From: Veleropilina oligotropha
Taxonomy: Eukaryota
DNA: 64,000 bases
Reading direction: 5' to 3'
Assembly (NCBI GenBank): GCA_048128005.1
Contig: JBEUKZ010000022.1
Coordinates: 1-64,000, forward strand
Under the pieces are notes generated by a model. The model searched no databases and was not told where the DNA came from. It was given only the letters and a program-made list of their open reading frames with translations. The translations under genes and the position numbers were made by a program. Numbering within the stretch: the first letter of the stretch is position 1; each line of letters opens with the position of its first letter. Shown piece by piece: positions 46,450-57,923 of this stretch.

Positions 46450-47094
46450 TGTAGACGATGGTAGCCTCTTTTGGGAAAATGTGCGTATGAAACTGATATA
46501 GTTTATCAGAACTAGGGCATAAATCAATAACCAAATAACGTAAATAGTCGAAGTTGTTTTATCGTATGCATGTTTAAAATAAGCAGATTGACTGGATAAA
46601 TCTGCGAACCAAAGGTGATAATTTGCCTATTGTTCCTGAAGTTTGGAAATAACACAAAATAAGAGCAATTTAAAGATATACTTCTGGCAAATTTGCCTGG
46701 TGGATAGAGATTTTGTGTGATAAATATGCAGATCACGTTCTTATGGTGTGACATAACAGTGAATAAATGAACACAGTCCTCGGATTGGACAATTCTTAGC
46801 ATCAAATCATCCAGAATAAAATCAATCAATCAATCAATCAATCAGAACTAAGATAACGTACCCACCATCTGCAAAATTTACTTTTGTGTGAAATATGATA
46901 TCTTTTTTCATTGTGTCAAACAATGCTTGATATTCCGAATAAGCATATATGATTTTGCTGGCTGGCATTGTAAACATATCGTTTTCAAGTAAACGTTTGG
47001 TAAAATAACTTTTGCCCGATTGTGTGGCACCAGATATCATTATCGTGGCAGGTGATTTAAATTGAAGTGTCATCTTTGAAAACTCAGCATGCAA
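46450..47094 (-). pseudogene. Polinton packaging ATPase
   Basis: SGATQSGKS; ILDDLM; SHHKN..IFITQNLY...ISLN. Confidence 0.85.
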
Positions 47095-47269
47095 TGGCGA
47101 TAATATTTTTTAATTCAATATATAAGGATTACAGAGGTAACAGCCATAGGTCACATGGGTGTTTTATGGTTTAATATAGGTCACAGTGCGATATTTATCG
47201 ATTTCTAGTAGATATAGGAAAACGGCACATGAAAAACAATTTATGGGCTGTGTGGTTGCAGATTAAAAT

Positions 47270-48450
47270 CTTATTCCCAAACGGGTGTTTCCATGTTGAA
47301 TCAAATTGATATATTTAGTTCCTAAATCGCATGGGTCTATGGTAAATACAAAGAAAGGATACCCATTTGCAAAATCGTTTATATTTATTGTTAGTTGCAC
47401 ATATCAAATAAATTATTGTAAGCTGCTGCGTTTCCACTGTTCGAACTAAAGTCTAGTTTCAATGGTGCTCCAGGTAAACGTTCAACGTTGACATAAAGAC
47501 CAACCTCTTTAATGTTAAAGTGTTCAAAATTAAATGGGTTCCCATATACGACACATTAACTGACATTTGATTAAATAGTCCAACGATTAACTTTGATGGT
47601 CGAACAGTTGGCCATATGTTATGTCAAAAGAATTCATTCGAACATTTTACTATTGTATTTATTTTCACTTCTGTTCTCTGGAGTGCATATTTCGCGGGCA
47701 TTTCTTCCAATTGCTTCATGTGCTGTAACACGATAACTGGGTCAATCTTGGCTTTGGCAACTTTATAAAGGACATCGATTAATTCAAGTTTGTATGCTGC
47801 TGAATTTTCTTCTGACATGAATATAAATGGTGATCTTGATCTGAACATTTTTATCTAAATATCGACTTCATTCAGCAAATATTTATCCAAAGAAAAGATA
47901 TCTCACAGCAAGGGTCCTTCCATTTGAAAAGGTTCGCTATCTTTTGTGAATAAATTTTTTCCCTGAAACCCATATTAGAAGAGTCTACAGGGTCAGATCC
48001 ATCCATATCTGGAATGCTTTTAAAAAATAACTGACTTTGTAGCTGAGACGTCTGTTCATCGGATCCAGAAGACAATATGGTGTTAAGATATGCTTTCCAT
48101 GATAATTAATCGTATTCAAAGATATAAGTTTATTATTCATATACACATCAATCTGTGACCACATCGCATGTAATGGTAAATTAATAATGCCTATCTTTCC
48201 ATCTTAATGAGTTGGGTGCCATCTGCTCTAATGATTTTTGCTTTGACATATTAACGACGAGTTTTAAATCAATGTATTCAGGTCTTGTCCAGAAATTGAA
48301 ATTTTCACTGGTGCATCTTCGTTGTTAATGACAGAAACAGGCCGCGCTTCTGCATAATATATTTTATTAATAACCACTTGGTTTTGGGGTACGATAAACA
48401 ATGCTAATTCTGATTGTAATGAAATTTCCTTGTTTCTTCACTGAGACATG
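47270..48450 (-). pseudogene. Polinton major capsid protein, decayed
   Basis: Fragments ..EQTSQLQSQLFFK and RSRSPFIFM...YKLELIDV..V.KAKIDP, between penton and ATPase. Confidence 0.65.
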
Positions 48451-48811
48451 ATGCCGTTTCTATTCTTGACTGTTGAGGGAAAATAGAGTGTCAGTTGTTC
48501 TCTTATTGACTGCTTTTGGCAAAGTGACATTTTCTTTTCTTTCCTCATTTTGTTATGTTGTCAGCTTGTTTCTGATTGGTCAATTTAATCGCATTCTGAT
48601 TGGTCAATTCAACATGAGGAACACCCTCTTTTACATGTTTTCATGTTCGACTTTTGCCCTTTCATTTACAGCAGCCATCAGCGTAATCATGGGGATCATA
48701 TAAGGAGTTCTATATCTGCCTGCCAAATCTCTGTTTTGTGGATATGGTGCATAAGTACTGACTTTATCCTCACGTAAATCTTTAAATATTTGTTCCCATT
48801 GTGTAGGGTCG

Positions 48812-49241
48812 CTAACATACACTTTTCCTGACATGTTTAAAATGAAGTGTCACTAACACTGGTCCATTCAAAAATGAAGCAATATCACCATTTACATATT
48901 TTATATACACATGGATGTGGTGCAAACAACTCGGCTTCAAAGGAATATAATAAGGGTTTTGATATATTACAGAACCGCTATTTGTAATTCGTCTTAATAA
49001 TGGTACCTTTTTGCCTTCAACAAAACTTTCGGTACATGCATATAAATATATGTATAGATCTCTTCTGATTTTGTCTTTTTTCCTCGAAAATTCCACAAGC
49101 CACAGACCATTGACCATCAAATTTTACTTCTCTATCCAATTGTACTCTGAAATCGTAGGGGGTATTTTCAAAGTAGTCAGAGCTGGCCGTTGACGTCAGC
49201 ACCATGCGGAGGCTCATGATGAATTGATGTAAGTGACCCAT
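48812..49241 (-). pseudogene. Polinton minor capsid (penton)
   Basis: LTSTASSDYFENTPYDFRVQL...GQWSVA; PLLRRI...NPYYIPL...IHVYIK...VTLHFK. Confidence 0.7.
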
Positions 49242-49244
49242 TTT

Positions 49245-49965
49245 TCACTGCATATCCGACTCTGGAATCCACGAATTGAATTTGACCGGCCAACCCATCC
49301 ATTTAATCAACACCTGATTCTGACCCCTTCTTTTTCTTATTCTCAACATGTTTTCAATATGGCAGATAGTATCTTCCTCTCTATTCACTGCTTGTAATTC
49401 TTTTTCATAGAACGTGCCGTTGATGGCTTCCTCATCATAATCTTTTAATTTATAGATGGGGGTTCCCTGCCTTTTATATCTACGTTCGTTAATAAACAGT
49501 TCTTCTGACAATTTTTGTTGATAATCGTGTAGCAAATGTCTTTGGAGATGAAATATTCTCACTTTTTCACCCACGTTCGTCGAGATAGATACATCACGTA
49601 ACTAGCCTCATCTTCATTTCGTTTGTTTTTACTTCTCGGTGTCCATTGACCTAATGATCTGTGAGGCCTGTTGTTGTAACTCGACACCAATGTTTGTAAT
49701 ACGTCGATGTATATGTAGGTCTGCTTTGATGTGAAGTATCTGTACGTCATCTCCTTTAATGTCTTAATCACTTTTCTGCATAATTAGCTTTTGTTTCGTT
49801 TTCGGTGAATTGCACAAAACGTTCTCGCTTGCTGGCCTGTTGTTGTAACTCGACACCAATTCTTGTAATACGACGATGTATATGTAGGTCTGTTTTGATG
49901 TGGAGTATCTGTACGTCATCATCCCCTTTATTGTTTTAATCAATTTTCGGCATAATTAGCTTTTG
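49245..49965 (-). pseudogene. Polinton integrase C-terminal part with chromodomain; local duplication 49664-49800 / 49834-49965
   Basis: SYNNRPHRSLG, YKLKDY...GTFYEKELQ, VLIKWMGWPVKFNSWI. Confidence 0.85.
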
Positions 49966-50677
49966 TGTTTTATTAAAACTATTCGTGGTTCATGTGATCA
50001 TTTCGACTGCCCTCTATTGTTAGAGCTTTGGATATGGGTTCAAATCCACGGCGAGGCTAATTCTACAGGCAAAATCGAAATGTATTCATTGTTAGACATC
50101 CCCATATGTATTGTGTTTCAAACAGTCACAGTAGGTATTTCTACCTACACATTATATATTAGATGTAATTGTTAACAACGTGGTAGAGTGTCGGAAAACG
50201 TGGGTTCGAACCACCGGCGTGGATATTAGCATAAAACTTGTCTGTTTGGACCTTAAACTACCATACAGCTGAAAGGTGGCCGCAAACAGTGTAGTGGGGT
50301 GCACTGTCTTTGTCATTTGGATTAAAATTGCTCAATACACGTTCGGACATGTTAGGCCATTTCATTATTATGCTTGGATCTGACAGTGAAGCCTTGGTGA
50401 TAATTGTTATTTCCTGTGCATATATCAGTAAAGCAGTCAATATTTCCAACATAGTTCAGATTGTGTGGTCAGGACGCATTCCACAACTAAGCCATTAGCT
50501 AGTGTTATTGAGGCTACTGGTATTGTGAAATAGGTACCCAATCAACATAGATTACACAACTCTCTATTGTCACATATACGTCACAGGCGATTGCACAACA
50601 ACATAGTCGCCACAGTCATCAACTATCACTCGCATGCACCTTGTCCGATTCAGACATATAGAGGAAGCGACAGACAC

Positions 50678-51320
50678 CATTGTGGGAATCCCAATTCCTC
50701 ATATCATACAGTCGTGTACACTGCTCACGTTCATAGCCCTAACCAGTGTGGGTATCTCAATTCCTCATATCGTACAGTTCGACACCACTCCCGTCCATAG
50801 CCCTATTCAGTGTGGGTATCCCAATTCCTCATATCTTACAGTCATCTACACCGCTCCCGTTCATAGCCCAAACCAGTGTGGGTATCCCTCATATCTTACA
50901 GTTCGACACCACTCCCATTCATAGCCCTATTCAGTGTGGGTATCCCCATTCTTCATATCTTACAGTCGTGTACACCGCTCCCATTCATAGCTCTAACCAG
51001 TGTGGGTATGCCTCATATCTGACAGTTCGACACCACTCCCGTTCAAAGCCCTAACCAGTGTGAGTATCCCAATTCCTCATATCTTACAGTCGTGTACACT
51101 GCTCGCGTTCAAAGCCCTAACCATTGTGGGTATCTCAATTTCTCATATCTTATAGTGCTACACCGCTCCGGTTCATAGCTCTAATCGGTGGGGGTATCCC
51201 AATTCCTCATATCTTGCAGTCGTCTACACCGCTCCCGTTCATAGCTCGAACTAGTGTGGGTATCGCTCATATCTTACAGTTCGACACCACTCCCATTCAT
51301 AGCCCTAACCAGTGTGGGTA
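50678..51320. repeat. ~57-63-bp tandem minisatellite (about 11 units) inside the right Polinton TIR
   Basis: Unit ~CAGTGTGGGTATCCCAATTCCTCATATCTTACAGTCGTGTACACCGCTCCCGTTCATAGCCCTAAC. Confidence 0.9.
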
Positions 51321-51529
51321 TCTTACAGGTAACATACATCTACACAACAGGTAGCATACCCATACATCAGGTAACCTACATCTCCCAGGTATTTGAGATT
51401 CTATATATACACCTAGAAACATAGGTTTAAGGCTATGGTCGTCTTGCACATGTCACAGGTAATAGTCATAGGAGTGACAGTGTATAGTCTACTTAGATAT
51501 GTCACATGTGTTTCCCAACACCTTGATGG

Positions 51530-52012
51530 CCCATAATGCATAGCACAGCCTATAAATAAATTAATGCGAACAAGTCTATAAACACTTCTAAACATTTATT
51601 ACAATCATAAATACCTAATACCCAACATTAAATTTCGAATAACAAAAAATATGGTGCTTTTCTTAAATTTTTACATTTTTCGAAGGCGACCATTTTTCAA
51701 ATTGCCCATAATGCCTAACGTAGCTCAAACAACTTGATGTCAACACGTTTATTCACACTTCTAAGCATATATCTTTATTATTTATTCCTAATACGCAACA
51801 TTTTATATAGAATAACAGCTAAATATTGTGCTTTTTTGTAATTGTTATTTTTAGATGGTGGCCATTTTGAAAATGGCCTATAATGCATAGCGCGCCCCAA
51901 AATAATTGATGGGAACATGTATAATTTCATTCGCATGAATTCCATGACCAAAATTATGTTACTCCCAGAGGATCATGGGGGTACAGGACTTCGGTACATA
52001 GCCCATGGACTA
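51530..52012 (-). repeat. Right end of the Academ-like element, inverted relative to 27065
   Basis: Reverse complement TAGTCCATGGGCTATGTACCGAAGTCCT matches TAGTCAATGGGCTAGGTACCGAAGTCCT at 27065. Confidence 0.65.
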
Positions 52013-52479
52013 TTAGAGTTGCGTTGCAATAAATACGTCAACATATGTTGGGCACTTTGTGTAATTAACAGCCACTCTAAGATAATTTGGACATATCCTG
52101 GAATGACCATTAAGTGTGTAAATATGGAGGGTTAAGCATCGGTCCAAACCAACACTATACCATTCATGTGATATATTATATACCGGTAAACATGCAAATT
52201 AAAGAATATAATCCCTCATCTCGGTGCCGAGGTAGAGGATGGTAAAACCAAAAATCTCTATGGCTAATAGTTTTCCCGCTAGAGCAGAAACCAGACATGA
52301 GGTCTTAAAATCCGGATCCTGATTCAGATTCATATCATATCAACAAGGATAGCTAAGCAATAATCTTGCATGGTGTCCTTTTGCGTGTGGAATAGATCCT
52401 GGAATCAGTTCACATTCTTCGATTCATTCTTGAGAGAATTGAAATGGCTACAGCATCAGACTTCGTGATTGAATTATGA

Positions 52480-53100
52480 ACTGCACCAACACCAAAGGCC
52501 TCTTGGACTGCTGGAGGGATGGCTTTTCGGGTAATGATGTGGCGTTGTGTATATATGAGTTCCAGTATCACTATGTACAGAAACGAATTTCAATGTTAGG
52601 TAATATACACATGATGTCACTTGAGCTTATATTAATTATTAGGAGAAATACCACTGACGATTTACCAGGGTGATTGTTACTGTGTTGAATAATATCACCA
52701 TGCCAGATCACGTAGTTATAATTGAAGAAAACAGGGTGAGCTCTTCCGGAGGACATATATCTCCCTTGTTGGATGCTGGACCTGCTCTATGACAAAGTTG
52801 TTATAAATAACTGGAACTGTGCTGGAATGCGCCCTGGCGTGGATATATATTGTGGACTATTCCTTTCCTTTGGATCGGAGTGTTTTCTCATTACTGCAGG
52901 ATTGACTGTAGGTATTTTGCCATGCCATGGACTATATTGTTTCCATCCAAAGTTCCAATGTTATGATCCACATTGTCGACTGCATATTGGACAAACTCTG
53001 AAATGAAGCTCGATATGTTGAACCCTTGCTGCAGTTTGCTTGAATTGTTGTACCTCTTAGTAAGATCGAGCAAATAATCTCGTGTAGGTGCATTGAGTCA
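52480..53100 (-). pseudogene. Academ-like transposase relic
   Basis: VDNVDHNIGTLDG...HGM and HPGKSSVVFL.II fragments. Confidence 0.5.
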
Positions 53101-53774
53101 TTAAGAACACAACGTTTTATTTTTGGCTGATGGGGATTATTACTCAGGACGAATCACTGGGGTTTTGATAATTGCGTATGCAAAGGATGCAGATTTCACA
53201 CCAAGGTAATTTGTTTCAAATAATGATCTCTTGTACAAAAGGAATAAATTCTTCTTCGTATTACATATCATTCAGTTGATATATATGTATGTCCATATGC
53301 TGAATGTTCAGGGCCTATTAGAAATTAACCCATTTTATCAATGAGGCCACTAATGGTTTTTTGCTCATCATCATGCATTATATTTAAGATATTATAACTT
53401 TGAAACATGCATTTGTTCTGTCTTTCTCTTGTGACATTCAAATATTTTGCTTATTGAAACTAGTCTAATCAATCGCATACATATTGGTGTATGTTTTCTG
53501 GTATGGAAATTTGCCTTTGGAATCCTATTAAAGTTGGAATTACAAACAATCTAAGGTGCCAGTATTAAATAAAGTAAACATGTAAATGCATAAAGGCGAT
53601 AATTTACTTTAATAGCATGTACTAGTTCAATAACAATTCAGTGATTTTAACATTTCAAATTGTCCTTTTAAATTGCGATATTCCACTGAAAGCTATATAA
53701 TTATATATTGAAATCAGGGGAGATAACCATGTTTTATTGTCGTATCGATATGTCATAATATTTACTTAATATTT

Positions 53775-56700
53775 TTTTTATTTTTTATTTATTTAATACA
53801 TTTATAATGCGCCTATTCTAGTGTAGCTCTAAGCACAGTACAAACTATAACTAATATTACAGTACAATGTACACAAGAATATACAGGAGAGACATCAATG
53901 ATACATACTATGAATGCAATAAGCAATAATAATAAACAGAATATTTTTTTGTTGAGTATTTTCAATTTTATTAATTTTTTTTTTTTACAAGCGCAATCAG
54001 ACAAAGAGGTGAAGCAGCCCCTGCGTGAACTTCAACCAACTTTGAATGATACATATGATGAATGCTATAAGCAATAACAATGAACAGATGTGAAGCAGTC
54101 ATTACTGTCCTCCTATTACGATGTCAGCTGAATTGTTAGTGAGATTTGATCAGGTTGGCATATACATCAGCAAATAGGTGTGTTTTCAACGTCTTCCGAA
54201 AACTTGTCTGAGATGTGCTTTCCTTTACTTTAGATGGGAGTTTGTTCCAGAGTTTTGGGGCATTGTTGATAAATGCTCTATCGCCATATTTATTCATTGT
54301 TCTATTATCTGTCAACTGTTGTAATTGCTGCGACCTAAGTGCTCTAATAGGTCGATATTGAGCCAGAAGTTCAATAATATATCCAGGCGCTTTTCCTTGA
54401 AGAGAATTGTAAACGAATGTAAGAATTTTGAAGATAATCCGTTTCTCAATAGGGAGCCAGTGTAGGCTATATAGCAGCGGGGTTGCATGGTCCCTTGGCT
54501 GGGCAAGTAAAATCAGCCTGGCTGCGGCATTCTGAACTTGCTGCAATCTGTTAATGAGGCTTGCGTTTATTCCGAAAAGTAAACTGTTGGAATAATCAAG
54601 GCGAGATATGACATATGCATGCACAAGAAGCTTCGTTGCATCTGGTGTTAAAAAACGACGGATGCGTCTGATGTTTCTTAGAAAGAATAATGAGCATTTA
54701 ACTTTATCAGAGACGAATTTTTCCATCGACATAGTGTTGTCGAAGTAAGCACCCAAATTTCTTACAAATTCGCTGGAGTTTATTTCAGTTTCACCAACTT
54801 GTAGGTTTACATCTCGGACCTTTGTGATGTTACTTCTTGAGCCAAATATAATAAACTCAGTTTTATCATCATTGAGTTTCAGCATGTTTGTGCACATCCA
54901 GTGTTTGATCTCTGAAACACAGCTCTCCAATATGTCTAGGCTTGCCTTGAAGGAGCTTTTGGGATCAAATGCAACATATATTTGACTGTCATCTGCGTAG
55001 AAATGATAGGACAGATTATATTTGGAGGCAATCTCTGCTACGGGTGTGACATATATCGAAAACAGAATCGGACCTAAGACGGAACCTTGTGGCACACCGT
55101 AAGGGAGAGAGGCAGGGTCACATTTCATGCCGTTTATGACGACGGTTTGTTTTCGCTCATGTAGATATGACTTGATCCATGTAAGCGCTGATTGCTTGAT
55201 TCCAAAGTAGGCGTTCAGGCGGTTAAACAGAATTTGGTGGTCAATTGTATCGAAAGCTGCACTCAGGTCAAGCAAGACGAGAGCAACCATTGATTTCTGA
55301 TGTAGAGATTGAAGTATGTCATTCTGAACCTTTAAAAGGGCTGTTTCTGTGGAGTGAAACATGCGATACGCTGATTGGTATTTGTCCAAAAGCATGTGAT
55401 TTTTCAAGTGAGAATTTAATCGAATTGCTACAACACGTTCCACAAGTTTTGAAATAAAACTTAGATTAGAAACAGGTCGATAATTTTTCAGATTGTTTTG
55501 ATCCAAATTGGCCTTTTTCAGCAAGGGCTTTACCAATGCGCTCTTGAAATTTTCTGGAACTTCTGCATTGGATAATGACATGTTGACAAGCCGCGTCAAA
55601 ATTGGCAACAATTCATCTGAACATGCTTTCAGCATCCATGATGGTAGAGGGTCGAGTGGGCACGTAGATGATGATGACCTCATAATGATCGACCTAATTT
55701 CATCATTCGTTGCAACTTCAAACGTTAAGAGTTGAATGTCATTACGTTTCAAATCTAAAGATTCATAGATTTCATCGGTGGTTGATTGCATTTGCGATAA
55801 CGAAATTGTGTTTCGTATTTTGATTATTTTATCAACGAAGAAGTCGCTAAAAATAGTGGGAAGTGATTCCTCTTGATAATCAGTTGGCAGTGGAGTTGAC
55901 TTATTCCATTGTAACAGATCTTTGGTAACATTAAAGAGCTTCTTTTGATCATCTTTCGAGTTAATGACTTTGTTTGAGAAGAATTCAGTTTTAGCATCCG
56001 TGAGCAGATGGTTCACCAACTTGCACTGTTCCTTATATGCGTCGTAATCGGTGAGTTTGCCAGACTTATTCCAGCGTCGTTCTAAGCGTCGTCGAATTAC
56101 TTTAGCTTGGCGGAGGTTGGCATTGTACCATTGTGTATTTGGTCTTATGGTGACTGTTTTGGTGATCTCCGGAGCATGATTGTCAATGATGAGTTTAATA
56201 TCATTGTTATATTTATCGACCAACTGTGACAGGTCCATTTCTTGTGGAAAGACGATATGCGATAATTCTGTTTTGAACTCAGTAATGTCGACATCTTTGA
56301 GTTTACGGTAGCAAATTTGTTTCGATTCGGGTGCTGGCCTTTCTATTTTCAATTTAAATGAGATTAGAAAGTGATCCGATATCTGGCAATCCACAGTTTT
56401 CGTACTTAGTGGAAAAATTGCGTTGTCTTGTGAAATGATCACACAGTCTAGTATGTGATTACTTTTATGCGTTGGCTCTTCCACAATTTGTTTGAGGCCG
56501 CACGATTCCAGTAAAGAGTTGAATTTAATCACATCTGGGTGTTCAACTTCGTCCAAGTGTAGATTAACATCACCAGCAATTAAAATATGTTCGTTGGAGG
56601 CTGAGGCGTTTACCAAAAATTTTGAAAATTCATCTAGGAACTGCGCCGCGTTTTTTCCATGTGGGTCTGGTCTGTACACCGTGGAGATGCTAATTGATTT

Positions 56701-56940
56701 GCCTCTTATTGATAGAGTCGCTTCAATAACTTCGAAGGTATTGTACTTATCCGATGTTAATACCTTTATTTTGAGATTTGAGCGATGAAGAACAGCAACT
56801 CCACCTCCCTTTCTGGTCTTTCTTGGAATATGCGTTAAACGTGAAGCCCTTGGGGGTGAGTTGAGCTATGACGGCATCATCATCGTCATGTCCGAGCCAT
56901 GTTTCGGTGAGAAAAAATATATCAATATTGTTATCACTTA
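53775..56940 (-). mobile_element. L2-like LINE, 5'-truncated within the endonuclease
   Basis: ORF2 plus a 3' UTR ending ...AATAGGCGCATTATAAAT and an A-rich tail. Frameshifted TETWL segment at about 56900. Confidence 0.85.
54136..56679 (-). CDS. LINE ORF2 (APE endonuclease plus RT); frame open upstream to about 56865
   Basis: YRP, GDVN, SDH, NYRPVSNL, DLSAAFDT, GVPQGSVLGP, YADD. Confidence 0.9.
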   Translation of the reverse strand: MYRPDPHGKNAAQFLDEFSKFLVNASASNEHILIAGDVNLHLDEVEHPDVIKFNSLLESCGLKQIVEEPTHKSNHILDCVIISQDNAIFPLSTKTVDCQISDHFLISFKLKIERPAPESKQICYRKLKDVDITEFKTELSHIVFPQEMDLSQLVDKYNNDIKLIIDNHAPEITKTVTIRPNTQWYNANLRQAKVIRRRLERRWNKSGKLTDYDAYKEQCKLVNHLLTDAKTEFFSNKVINSKDDQKKLFNVTKDLLQWNKSTPLPTDYQEESLPTIFSDFFVDKIIKIRNTISLSQMQSTTDEIYESLDLKRNDIQLLTFEVATNDEIRSIIMRSSSSTCPLDPLPSWMLKACSDELLPILTRLVNMSLSNAEVPENFKSALVKPLLKKANLDQNNLKNYRPVSNLSFISKLVERVVAIRLNSHLKNHMLLDKYQSAYRMFHSTETALLKVQNDILQSLHQKSMVALVLLDLSAAFDTIDHQILFNRLNAYFGIKQSALTWIKSYLHERKQTVVINGMKCDPASLPYGVPQGSVLGPILFSIYVTPVAEIASKYNLSYHFYADDSQIYVAFDPKSSFKASLDILESCVSEIKHWMCTNMLKLNDDKTEFIIFGSRSNITKVRDVNLQVGETEINSSEFVRNLGAYFDNTMSMEKFVSDKVKCSLFFLRNIRRIRRFLTPDATKLLVHAYVISRLDYSNSLLFGINASLINRLQQVQNAAARLILLAQPRDHATPLLYSLHWLPIEKRIIFKILTFVYNSLQGKAPGYIIELLAQYRPIRALRSQQLQQLTDNRTMNKYGDRAFINNAPKLWNKLPSKVKESTSQTSFRKTLKTHLFADVYANLIKSH

Positions 56941-57319
56941 CTAAATATTGTTATCACTTACTAAATATGAATTATGTTGGTAAATTTAATCATTTACTAT
57001 TTGGAATAATGGTTTCCTTGATAATGTACTTTCTTCAGTTGCGATTTATTCATCCCATTAAGCTTTCTACACGAAATTCGTTGTCATTGACAGGGAGATA
57101 ACTCTGATATTTGATTATGTTATTGGGGCATTTTTCAAATTGCTTTTATGGAAACTTTCCCTATCAGAATTCCTTTAGACTTTTGATATGTTGTAAAGGA
57201 AAACACACTTTACTTAATACAACAGCAAACATTTCTGTTGCAATTAGTGTGGGGTCACACCTTAAAATGACTGGACTATAATGGATGTAGCTATGTTTCA
57301 CGATTATGGCAATTGTAAC

Positions 57320-57616
57320 TACTAGCATTGGTACCCGTCTTCGCCGGGTAAGTCCCCCCACCCCATTTTTTTTTTTTTTTTTTTTTTGGATATTGCTCCA
57401 TTAAATTTTTTGTTTTTTTCCATTTTTTTTTTTTTCCCGAATTTTCCGAATTTTTTTCGTGGTAAACCTTCCTTGGGGGACCCCGATTAACCCCCCAAAG
57501 TTTGAAGGTCCTAGGTCAAAGCGTCTGGGAGGAGTTCAACTTGAAACAGACAGACAGACAGACAGACAGACACACACACACACACACATACAATTATAGC
57601 TCCATTATATTAAGAT
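57320..57616 (+). mobile_element. Short non-autonomous Helitron/Helentron-type element
   Basis: TACTAG...TACCCG..CGGGTA hairpin at the 5' end; (CAGA)n(CA)n; ends TATATTAAGAT. Confidence 0.55.
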
Positions 57617-57707
57617 GAGCGACGAAACGAACAGACGCAAGTTGGTTGTGGCACCACCCGCATTTATCAATGATAGAAGCTAAACAAGTTATGCAAGCGT
57701 AGCCTAC

Positions 57708-57923
57708 CAAATATCTGGACTTCGCAAATAGTTAATACGTTCTCAGGATTCGTCCCTATCTTGATGATGACAACGCTGCCATACAATGGACTCGTGCACT
57801 GCACAGCAATCTCGACACTCTGTCCGCTCAGCGTGGGACCCGTGTGGGTGTAGCATCGTGTTCCAGATGTAGCGGCGGTGTTATTGCTCACGTCTATCAT
57901 AAAGCCGTCTAATCGTTGAGCAG
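57708..57923 (-). CDS. Host exon: C-terminal half of an F-type lectin (fucolectin/FTP) domain
   Basis: AG acceptor 57924-57925 and GT donor 57706-57707, phase 1-1. AAQRLDGFMIDVS...C...C...G..V.I...LTICEVQIFG. Confidence 0.85.

Larger units (their letters stand above)
44063..51506 (-). mobile_element. Decayed canonical Polinton/Maverick with long TIRs; PolB and protease not seen
   Basis: Inverted repeats about 44063-44895 and 50035-51506. Fragments of integrase-chromodomain, penton, MCP and ATPase. Confidence 0.85.

Noticed and set aside
50567..51354. Repetitive ORFs (VGIPIPHILQ...)
   Set aside because: Translations of the TIR minisatellite.
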